Positions 23,582 through 35,400 of a stretch of DNA of 64,000 bases are shown in pieces. The stretch spans positions 3,720,001-3,784,000 of the forward strand of contig JBHGNT010000013.1 in NCBI GenBank assembly GCA_043228905.1, given 5' to 3'. Position 1 is the first letter of the stretch; each line of letters begins with the position of its first letter. Source of the stretch: Azolla caroliniana. Taxonomy: Eukaryota; Plantae; Polypodiophyta. Made by a program: the position numbers and the translations under genes. The notes beneath the pieces were generated by a model. It was not told where the DNA came from. It did no database searches and saw only the letters and a program-made list of their open reading frames with translations.

Positions 23582-26500
23582 CTACCAATCACTAAAACTT
23601 GGAGGATACGACGTGACACCAGTAGGGAAAGAGCTTTGGTTCTTTAGTTTAAGGACTCAGAATCTAGAATCGCATTTTATAAAAAGAGACCAATTCTTTG
23701 AGGATTGGGTGGGGACCCTATCTACGTCAATGAAGACCTGATCAAGATGCAAATTGAGCATCGTAAAACTTGTATTCTGCAAGTCATACAAGATCGTAAA
23801 GAGGGGCATCGTGCTTTTTATTGAGACGGACGTGTGATAATAAATTATCGCGCCGCCAATTGATGGCATGTGGCCCATGTGTCAGACAATAAACTTAGGA
23901 TGACTTTATGGAACTGTAACGGTGTACTTTGGACACACCCTAGCTGTCTAGAGGAGATTTTGAAGGTATCTGACATACTTTTTTTAGTAGAAACACATCA
24001 GAGCCCAAATCGAGGACTGCCATGAGTTGACAGTTTTCGTTGGGAATCTGTCTTTAGACAAACCACACGTCAACATACTACTACAGGGTCTGGAGGGGTT
24101 GCGATACTTTTTCGGAGAGAGATACATAAAAGGATAGAAATACTAAAGAAAGACCCAGAAGCCTGTTTTATGTGGGTGAAAGTCCTCACTAGCAAGGATC
24201 AGGCGATATTTATCGTCGTGTGTTACTTCCTCCCGAAAGGATCCCGATATAATATGGCTAGAGAGGCGAGTATAGTTGATGAAGGAATGCCACATGGACC
24301 TTCTCCATACAAACCTTTATCGGATGACATAATCGGATATTCTTCTCAAGGCGAAGTCTTCCTTGTAGGAGATTTCAATGCGAGAACCCAATCCCGACAA
24401 TGCACAATATTTCAGATGGATAGAAACCTCGAAATGGTGAATGTCGACACTTTAGACTTAGACATAACGCGTACATCAAAGGATCAAGGTAAGGACACCA
24501 CAAGCTTTGGCCATCATCTACTTGAACTTGGAACCTGACACCAGATGATCATATATAATGGCTTAGCCAAGTGGCCAGGCTTAGAAACGCTCACATGTTT
24601 CCCCCATGGAGGAGGGGAAAGCACAGTTGATTACCTAATAGGATGCCTTGAAGCCACCCACATGGTTAACTCCTTCTAGGTGGCCCCATGCCCCATTGGT
24701 GCAGACCATAGCTTCCTATACTTTGAGCTAAACTGCAACACCTCCCATGCCACCAACTCTAGTCAACCAAACCATCACACCGTAATACATTTCATGCATG
24801 AGCTCGCTGACATCTACTCTCGACATGTTCAAGCCCATCTCTCCTCTTTTGATTCTTCCTTGACTTTAGAGAACCTCACTACAAAACTCACACACACCCT
24901 TCACTCAACAACAATTAGTAGCTTCCCATACATGAAACACTCCAATCATAGTAGAATAGGGTCTATGCCACAGAACAAGTGGTATGATGAGGATTGTAGA
25001 GAGTTGTATAGACAACTTAAAGTGTCACGACTTAGGGGTACTATTTCCTCAATACAGACTCGAAAAGAGATGCGCAAGATGACATGTCGTAAAAGACGAG
25101 CTTGGGAAGCATCTCAATATTGGGAACTCTACCATATGCTCATGAGTAGGGATTGCGCCCTTGCAGGGAAGAGACTACGGGAACCGCGACCACAAACACC
25201 CATCGAGGATCCCAATATTTGGCACACATATATTGCTACCATGTCCCGAACCAACCACCCATCCCAATGCCTTCCACACCCCGACCTAACACGGGGACAG
25301 TTTTCACGACCTCTAGGGTCACGAAGGTTATAAAAAAATTACAACATAGGAAATCCATGGACCACACAAGATTGCAAGCCGAGCACATCATATATGCTCA
25401 AGAGTGCCAAGACCCCTTTCTCACTCTAATCTTCAACCGTGCCCTCGCCAAGGCTTTTTCACCACAATGGACCATGAACACAATGGTTTCTATACATAAA
25501 GGAGGGGACCCAATGGACCCAAATACATATAGGACCATTATGATAGGCCATACGCTCGCTAAACTATATGGTGTGGTAATGGAAACAGAGCTTAGCGATT
25601 ATATGGAATCATTAAGTCTTCGAGCACCTGAGCAGGCTGGCTTTAGATGAACCTTCTCCACTATTGACCATACCTTCACACTTAGGTGCTTAATTGACCA
25701 GAAGAAGGTTCGTAAGAAGAAACTATATTGTTGCTTTGTGGACTTCCGCAAAGCCTTTGACACAGTTCCTAGGGAGAAGTTGTTTGATAGAATTAAGAGC
25801 TTGGAGATACCAAATGACATGATCTGGGCCATTTATGCCCTATATGAGCAAGTCTCTAGGTGCGTAAAATGGCCAAGTGGCCTATCCGACTGTTTCACTA
25901 GCACCATTGGTGTAAAATAGGGTTGCCCCCTATCACCGACTCTTTTTGGGATCTAGATTGATGAGATAGCTGATTTTATTGCTCGTAAGGGAGGCAAGGG
26001 AGTAGCTATTGGGGATACACAAGTTAGTCTCTTACTCTACGCAGACAACATTGTCTTGCTCTCAGAGTCGGAACACGACCTACAAAAGCATCTTAATGCC
26101 CTAGATGACTTTTGTACACAACGAGGACTAGTAGTGAATTTAGCGAAAACTAAAGTCCTTATCTTTCATACATCGTCCTGAGTTAGGAGTAAATGTCACC
26201 TAATCCTCTCTCATAAACTAGTTGAGGTAGTTGGATCATATGTATACTTGGGAGTCACTTTTAGTGCTCGCTCAAGTAAATTCTCGATGACGCAGGCAAC
26301 CAAAGAAAGGCTAACGAGAGGGTATGCATTCCTCTCACTCTTAGAGAGACAATGCCACCAGGCATACTTTCAAGAGTGACGGCCTAAGGGATGGATCTTC
26401 AACTCATTAGTGATCCCTTCCCTCCTGTATGCATCAGTAGTATGGGCTCCAGGTCTACCATCTTTCATTTGGACGCAATTAGAGAGACCTTTGGTGGCGA

Positions 26501-27798
26501 TGTTATCACGTCAACTCCGAAGCAAATCGACAGTACCACATGACATTATTAGAGTAGAGTTCAGTCTGCCCCCGATGTTAGTAGAAGCACTGTTTCAAGT
26601 GGTAGTTTTTATTCATCGGATACATAGCGAACCACAAGATAGGATATCCCCTCGAGCCTTTGAGGCATCTCGATCCCTACATGCGTCTGGAGACACTAGC
26701 TCTTGGTATAGCACTGTGGTGAGTTGGTTACTTGCAAATGGCATAGACATTAATAACCTACCCCCCCTTAAGTACAACCATGGGACTGACCAAACCCTAA
26801 TATCTAATGAAGAATGTAATAAAGTGATACGCCAAGAAATATGGCAAATTTACACTCGATATAAATGGATCACCCCACGAGAGCCACTCCCATCTAAAAT
26901 GTTGTACTATAAGGAACACTTCTTGCACTTCTCTAAGTTAGGTTTTATTACACGACCAAGATATCTAGATACATTCTTATCAAATGCACTAAGGGTTGTC
27001 ATTGGAAAACTTAGGATATCATCTCATCAACTTGAGATTGAGAATGGTCGGGCTAATAGAGTCCCTAGGGAGGAAAGGCAATGTAGGTTGTGCCACATAG
27101 AGATAGAGGATGAGTATCACTTCACATGCAAGTGCCCAACTTATGCCAAGATACGAGTGGAATACCAAGACATATTAGGACCCACTCCCACCCTTTCCAA
27201 ACTATTAGATACCCTGTATGTAAAGAGACTAGGTAGGTATATCTTAGAGCTAAAACAACATACAGAGTATAAATTACAAAGTGTTAACCATAACCCTTTT
27301 ACTATTCATTAACTTGTAACTAGTGTAATTTTTTAGGAACAAGAGGAGACAATGAATGTGGATACACTTACACCGCTCGGCCTCTCTCTTGAGGAAACCG
27401 AAATGCAAAGAACAACCAAACGCCCTCGGATGTTGGGCTTCAAAACAAGTCGACACGGAGTAGAAAGGATTAAGAAGATAAGGGAACGTGAGCTACGTCA
27501 ACTAGAAGCTATGGTTGGGGTACCTTTTACATTGGGGCCACAAGCCACATCCACATCGAAACCCTTTGACCTCCCGCTTCTCTTTGAGAGACTTGGATGG
27601 AAATGAAAGTAGGCCTAGTATAACATCATTTTCATTGTATACCATGTTTGCTATTTTATTTTACTAGAACTATTTAGCTTAAAACTCTATTTTTATTTTT
27701 ATTTTTTACTTTCGATGAATGGGTAAATATCCCATTTGTTGTTGTAAACCATTTGTCTCATGGGCCAATTTTGGCCTTAGAAGACGTTAATATATCTT

Positions 27799-27863
<65 letters not shown>

Positions 27864-28008
27864 ATTGAAATTGTGCCCCATCCTTGTCCTCAGGTACCAT
27901 TCGATGGTGGTTGGGACATCAGTTTTGATCGTAAGTCAGAATTAGAATCGTAAGCTGGAATTCCGAGCTGTGAATTCCGATCTGAGGTATCATACTCTCA
28001 AAAAAGTA

Positions 28009-28071
28009 CATTCTGAAACTGGAGGATCATAAGAGTAGAGCATCAAGGGGATATCCTCCAGTTTCAGAATG
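28009..28071. repeat. Perfect 19-bp inverted repeat with 25-nt loop
   Basis: CATTCTGAAACTGGAGGAT (28009-28027) / ATCCTCCAGTTTCAGAATG (28053-28071). Confidence 0.9.
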
Positions 28072-28582
28072 ACATCTCGACAAACGATTACCATGTCGCC
28101 TTTTGTCATCATCGATCTCACACGCTCTCTCTCTCTTGAATTTGGCAACGTTATTGCCTTACATGTAACATCCCTCTCCCTCTCCCTCCCAAGGTCTTAC
28201 TAACTTAGCAAAGCTCTTAACTCCAATATTCATTATATGTCTTTCTTACTACACCCTCGATCTATCATTCCATGTTATTGCAACATCAACCTAGGTGTTT
28301 AAGCAAACACGTAAGATCGCGACATTTCATACTTCTTCATTGGCTCCCACTATAGAGCCCCCAATCTATGCAACATCCTTTTCAATAATCCTACTTTAAC
28401 TTATTTCCTCCTATGCACTTCCCACATCAAGAGAGCGATATAGAAAGCCAAGTAATATCTCCTCAACAAATCAAATGGCAAGAAAGTATGTGGTGGACAA
28501 ACTCATAAACCACAATTATAGAATGTGGAGAAGGAAAATGGAGTTATAGATGTTAAAGGAATTGTAAAGAATATGTTAGGAT

Positions 28583-28969
28583 TGTAACCGACCACAAGCG
28601 GTTTCATGTATACTTATTCGGGTGCAAAGAGTAGAATAAGATAATGCTTAGACAAAGAATGAAGAACAAGAACGAAAAGATACAGAGACATAGATATTTA
28701 ATGTGGAAAGCCCGTAAGGGAAAAACCACGTGGAGTTCACAAACTCCAAAAAATAGACCACCATGTACAGAGAAAATACAAGGACATTCGCAAGCACCAA
28801 CCTCAAGCTCGTCTTTCTCTAACAAATGGCAGCTAAGTGACAACTCTCACTCTCCCTCTCACACTCTAGTTATTTACAACTATGGCTCACTAAGGGCATA
28901 TCTAGACTATTTACAAATATAGTCCCCCGATTCGGCTAATGATTGAGTCAATTTTCGGTTTTTGGTTTT
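28583..28969 (-). mobile_element. Truncated LTR fragment
   Basis: Begins TGTAAC and carries a GTGGAAAGCCC..GGGAAAAACCAC U5-like motif common in plant LTRs. The other end is not found. Confidence 0.4.
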
Positions 28970-31900
28970 TGATGAAGAAAAGTAAAAGAAGAAAAAAGCA
29001 AACCACCAAAACACAATCTGAAACGAACGCTCATAACTCATTCGTTTGGAAGCCAAATATAATGTGCAAATATGGGTTGGAAAGCTTGTGAAGAGAGCTA
29101 TGTATAGCTTTTTAAATCGCTAAACTTATAGCTTCGACGAGGGAGATATGACGATTTCAAGATTGCTGTGTCATAGATAAGAATCGGACTCAATGAAAAA
29201 CTCTAAAAAAAGCATAAAAAAGAACGCAAGGGAAACTTATCTAGTGGAAGAGAACTTTATATAAAGAAAGAAGAGTAAGGTGGTAGGAGAGTCTCTTTCT
29301 TGTGATGTTTTCTTGCCTATTCACATAGTGTTGGTTGAGTTGTTATCAATTTATCCTTGTAGACTTGGATTTATGTATCTTCTTTCTCTCTTCCTTCCAT
29401 CATAATTATTCATTAGCAATAGATCTTTGTGGTTTTGGGTCTGTTTATCTTCCTTATCTCTCCTTTCTATCATCTCTATCTCCATCATTTTTGGCATTCT
29501 AGGGAGGGCCGATCCTTTCCATATAATGGGAGGAATGGTTGTCCACTAATTGATGGTTGGATCTACCGATTCATCATCAAACTGATGGCAAGATATGGAA
29601 TTCGCGATGCAACAGATCTACGAAGAGAACTTTTCCAATTGCGTATGGTTTCATCAATATGCTACCTCGAGTATGAGAAGACGTTTTTGGATATATGGTC
29701 CACTTGGATTGGACTTGTTGGAGGCGTTGAAGATGTATACTTCAAGATGCAAAGATTCAAAGCAGGGCTAGATCCATATTTTCAATATGAAGTGCATATG
29801 AAGTACCCAAGGTCTTTCCATGATTTGCTTCGAGTATGTCAAAGTTATGATCAACAATTGAAGAAGTTGTTATTCGGTGAAGCATATGGAGTATCGGCGC
29901 CATATACCATAAATTCAAGCTATAATAATTGTGGATCGGTCATAAGCCAACAACCAGCATACTTGAAATGTCCGATTCAACAGGTTCCCTCATATCATTA
30001 TTCTAATTTTTGGAGTTATAATGATGTTTATGAAGGTGATTCCAGAGACAAAGAAGAAGAGGTGATGAATGTGGAGTTCCCCCACATAGTTCATGAGGAC
30101 AACCATGACATAAAGAATGATGATGTGAAAGACGAATCCAAGGAGATTGTTATGAGAAGCGATGCTATGGATGGTGATGCCAATGTACATCATGTTGAGG
30201 ACATTATTGATACAACAAGCGATATGGTGGTTGATGATGAATATGTGTAAGATGAAATGGAAGATATGACAAAAAAAGTTGTTGATGGTGAAGTACCCAC
30301 AACGGAGTTGCAAGATGAAGAAGGTAACCTCGAAGTGATAGCTGGAGATTGGCTTTTGGAGATCAATGCATGTAAGGAAGCATTGGTAAGTGCCAAGTTG
30401 TAGTGTATGAAGGTGTTCGTGCAAGATTTGTGTTTTGGATTTGCATTGAGTAGCAACAAAGTTATGTGGGCATCAACTCTTCAACAACAATTTGATCAAG
30501 AACCAAGAGAATTACTTGTAATGCATTATTGGAGTATCATGAAATTATCACCATCAAAGGATCCACCACAACTAATCAAATGTATAAAGGAGAAGGAATC
30601 ATCCATCGACAATGGCAAGCAAGAAGAGGAAAGCATAACAATTGATGAATCTTCATGGGATAGGGAAAACAAATCACTCCACATGGTGTCTAACGAGGAA
30701 GAAGAAGTCATTGAGGAGAAAAGTATTATGACTTTCGGGGAAAAAGAAAAGATGATTTCCAAAAATATTCAAGGAGAGCATCAAAGGTTTATTTCTCTTA
30801 TTTCTAAGTTTCCAAAGTTATTCATAATTGACTATTCACAAATAAGAGGAGAAGACATCAAGCACCACATCAAGTTGGAAGATTTGAAGTTTGTCTCACC
30901 TATTGTTGTGGTTCCAAAGAAGAATGACATCAACTTCAAACCCTTGATTGATTCAACCAAACAAGATCAATTTTCACATCCTTTCTAAGATGAGATTGTA
31001 GATGAAATAGTCATTTATAGAAAACAAGGTAGTGTGGAGAATGTGGTATGCCAAGAAGGAATTTATATGGATGAATCAAAGATCAAAGTAATTCAAAAGG
31101 TGACAACTCCGACAAGTCTCAAAGCTTTGAAGGTGTTTGTGCAAAAGGTTCGCTCGCTCAAAAGGTTTATTCATATGTTGACATGTTTACTTATCTCAAG
31201 AGCTATGTATCGCATGACCCTACTCGTGTTTGGAGAGTTGACAAAGACATAGTAATTGTGGTAACCTCTTTCTTTGTGTTGACAAGGAGAAAGATGGTGA
31301 TGGCAATTGTCAATGTGTGTGTGGGTGTGTGTCTAGGAGTGTGAGGTTTTTCTTACCGATTAGCGGGGGTTTTACTCACATAATTTTATTTATTTATTCT
31401 CTCCTTCTTTGTCTATAGCCATGTATAAGGTGAAGGAGAATTTTTGGTTTTATTAGTAGCTTAGGGTTCACCATAAATGGTTCACCAAGAAGCAAGGGGG
31501 AGGGTTACATGTGAAAGTGATTTTAGAATTCAAGGTATTAGACACTACAAAAATATAAGGTATGGAGCATTCACATCTGGAGGGCAAGATCACGAACCAA
31601 GGTCTCAAGGATAAGTCAAACTAAAAGCAAGAAAGATGGAGAAAAGTAAAAGAAGAAAAAAGCAAGCCACCAAAACACAGTCTGAAACGAACGCTCATAA
31701 CTCATTCGTTTGGAAGCCCAATATAATGTGTAAATATGGGTTGGAAAACTTGTGAAGAGAGCTATCCATAGCTTTTTAAATCTCTAAACTTAGAGCTTCG
31801 ACGAGGGAGATATGATGATTTCAAGATTGTTGTGTCATAGATAAGAATAGGACTCAATGAAAAACTCTAAAAAAAGCATAAAAAAGAATGCAAGGGAAAC

Positions 31901-32150
31901 TTATCTAGTGGAAGACAACTTTATATAAAGCAAGAAGAGTAAGGTGGTAGGAGAGTCTCTTTCTTGTGATGTTTTCTTGCCTATTCACGTAGTGTTGGTT
32001 GAGTTGTTATCAATTTATCCTTGTAGACTTGGATTTATGTATCTTCTTTCTCTCTTCCTTCCATCATAATTATTCATTAGCAATAGATCTTTGTGGTTTT
32101 GGGTCTGTTTATCTTCCTTATCTCTCCTTTCTATCATCTCTACCTCATCA
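28970..32150 (+). mobile_element. Non-autonomous, deleted Gypsy derivative
   Basis: Direct repeats 28970-29487 and 31634-32150. The 3' LTR probably starts TGTGAAAG at 31510 after a purine tract, making the 5' LTR truncated. PBS-like TGGCATTCTAGGGAGG at ~29492; gag-like ORF 29429-30250; scraps of RT (FVSPIVVVPKKN; GIYMDESKIKVI). Confidence 0.75.
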
Positions 32151-32456
32151 ACTATTATCAGTTTAGGGTTGGAGATGACGATGATAGTGGGGTGAGTGTG
32201 ATGTTGATAAGCATTGTGGGGTAATAGGATGTTGTGATGTAAATTGAGAAGCATTGCAGGGTCGGGGGTGGTTCCTAGAATGGCTCCAGCCCGATCCCAA
32301 GGGGGTTCAACGTGAGAGAGGGAGGGAGAGAGAGAAAAGATGTCAAAGGAGAGAGAGAGAAATATTCATTGTGTTTCATTCATTCTCCATAAGGGGGTTA
32401 AATAGTTACAAGAGGGGTAGATACATAGGGGTGCAAGCCCCCTTGGCCATTCACAG

Positions 32457-35400
32457 TAGTTACTCACACCGTTATTGATAGTAGGTCACTAATAATGTTA
32501 GTGATGGTAGGTCACTAATATTGTCAGTCATGAAGGGTATGTTCAGGAATGTTAAAAACGGGGCTAATGTGATTGGATAGAAGGAATGATAGGTGCATGC
32601 GCTATCATGATTTGGGAAACCAATGAATGGAGACCCTTTTAGAAAGGCATCTCTATTCAAGGGGCCTAGGAAAAGGTGTAAATATGAGGCTTCGCTACCC
32701 TCATAAGGACATTACATCGGAAGGCTGATGTCTTCGACATCGGTGCTGCGGGTTAGGCTTTCGACTCGACGATCATGTTTATCTCTTCCAAGGTATTAGT
32801 CATCCTAATATCCGGCAGTATGGGACGTCAGTGGTAGGTTGGCAATGTCTACATGATAGCTCGGGCGTGGTCAGGTGGAAAGGGGTTCTTCTATCCAATC
32901 TATTTTCTTTCTTTTACTTTACCTTGGTCTATTGATTAGTAATAGACTATTAATAGTGGTATCATAGCATTACTAACATTTTTTTTTTGTTGTTTTGATG
33001 TTTTTTGCATGGGAGCGATGGGGATCTAACCATGCTCGTCATGCTCTTCAGAGGATCAAAACAACATTCTTAACCCGGTATTCTTTTTTCTCAATCTCTC
33101 TTTGATTTTCTATGATGCTTTCTTCTTGGTCATATGGAAGTGGTATGATGTTTTCTTTTCTTTTCTTTCTTCTGTCTACCATGATACGATGTTAATCTAC
33201 TTATGCATCGGGTTGAGCGTGTTTGTACGCGCTCAACTCATGGCCCTTTTGCATATTACGATGTATCCCCCACGCTCCCCTCTCTTGAGCCATCTCTTAC
33301 GATAATAATTATTCTTGAGCATCGGGTCGAGCGTGTTTGCCCTAATCTCACATGCTCACCTCATGGCCCTTTTGCATATGATGTTGAGTATGCCACTCTT
33401 CCCTTTATTGAGCCATCACCTGGCTGATTCTATGGGATGTTGTGGTCTTGACGAGGTGTATGTCGCCTACCTATGCCACTCTATTCTCTATTGAGCCATT
33501 ACTTGGCCGATTCTAGGGAGATGTGGTGGTCTTGAGGAGGTGCATGTCGACTACCTTAGGGTTTCATACCTTAATGCATGCTTAATGTTCATACACCTAA
33601 TTGATTATTATTCTAATTATTTTCTAATTACACAAATTGTCTTTTCACTTTCTGATGATTTTCTCATAATTTTCATTAAATACCCACCAACAAATAACTC
33701 TCTTTCTTGCCCTTATTTTAAGTTCATCTACACTATTTACATATGTTTAATGGTGTAATGATTCATGTAGACTAATTTTTAATATTGAGTGGGCATCATG
33801 TCGCTTTTTGAACATTTTTTCCAAAGGGTTCTCTAGGTTTGACTCATGTAATCGAGCCTTAGAACTTGATTAAAAACATATGAGTTCCCCTATTGATGTT
33901 TTACTCATAAATTTGAGTACTACATCTTTGTGCACAACACCACCACCATTTGTATCAATATGTGGCTTATGTCACAATTGTGCAAACTACAACCACCATA
34001 TTGGGATGTATATGTGCATACCTCGCACCATCCATTTATTTGTGACATTTTCTTTAGTAGGTAGCACATGGGTTTTCTTACCCTTGTTTTCGTCACTACT
34101 TGATTCTTATGGGTAGTGCCTTATATATCGTTTTTATCATAACATTTTCTTGTTACTCACAAGACTAGAATATTACTTGCGAGTGCACTTGTTTTTTCAG
34201 GTAATACACTTTCTCGACAATATCAATACATGTTGGGTTGGCATTCTAATATACAGCTAACTACGAAACTACATTGATGTTACAACCATGGTTGAACTCC
34301 GGGGAGCCACCATGATTATTCAAGATAGAGATCCGAGAACATCTTAGCTATGTTTTCCCCTATGGTTTTTAAAACACCATAGTGTTACGATAGTTATCGT
34401 ATCTCGAATCACATCTCATTTCTCTAGAGGGGTAAAGACGTGACATGCTTTCTTGGTAAAGTTTATATTGCATACCCACAACTTGCATCATGGAACAAGT
34501 TTTGAACGATGTTGGAGCGATCTCTCCAACCGAGACCTCTAAACTCCAATCCATATCTCGCACACAAGCTGATATCACTATTGAGCAGTTGCTCACTAAT
34601 ACCTTGAATCAATTGGCCAAAATGAGGTAGACCAATATGGCATTGGAAAAGAAATTCCAAGAATTGACTATTGAGTCCAAGAAAGAAGGTGAACCTTCTT
34701 TCGTAATAACACCATTCAAGGGAGATAAGAAAGAAAGAACCGAGGAGGCCATTAGCACTTGGCTTGGTCGTTGGGAATCTCACTTTGAGCTCCACCCCAA
34801 GCCCAATGCTGTAAAAATCTGTTATGTCGGTAGTAAGTTAGGTGGCCGAGCTGCTGCTTGGTGGCGCGGGCTACAGACTGCAAAGAACTTACCCACAACT
34901 TGGGAAGGTTTCGTTAATGTTTTTAAGAAACAGTTTTTGCAGCCACCTTCTCAAACTGAACAAGCGCAACACTTGCTCACGTTGTCGAGTAAGCCATTTA
35001 CCTCTCTCAAGGATTATGTGCATCATGCTCGGACCCAGATCCAAAAATCGGGACTTATGGGTGAGAAATGGTTTCTTGCTTGCTTTTTGAACGGTATTCC
35101 CAATGGGGATTACCATTGGATTGTCCATGACAAGGACCCCACAACTTTCGAGGAAGTCATCAACATTGTACTTCGGTACCATAGGACTTCCAAGAAAGAC
35201 CACAATAAACCTGAGTTCACCAAAACTCCGAATGTCAAGTTCATTGGGAAACGTAAGCGATCCCGTGACACTCTTGACCGCGACTCCAAGAGACCAAACC
35301 TCTTTTGTGCATATTGCAAGAAGCGAGGCCACAGAAAGGATACATGTCATCGCCTTGAGAGGAAGTCTATGAACACCCCTCCTTAAGACAAATCTACAAG

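Larger units (their letters stand above)
21870..27859 (+). mobile_element. Near full-length non-LTR retrotransposon (LINE, RTEX-like), decayed, with (CT)n 3' tail
   Basis: GTC-rich 5' UTR 21895-22110; coiled-coil ORF1 from ~22260; ORF2 ~23870-27606 with APE endonuclease (LWNCNG, FLVETH, GDFNAR, STVDY, ADH), RT (EQAGFR, DFRKAFD, GCPLSPTLF, LLYAD) and a C-terminal CCHC (CRLC...EDEYHFTCKC); ends in (CT)n ~27803-27859. Confidence 0.88.
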
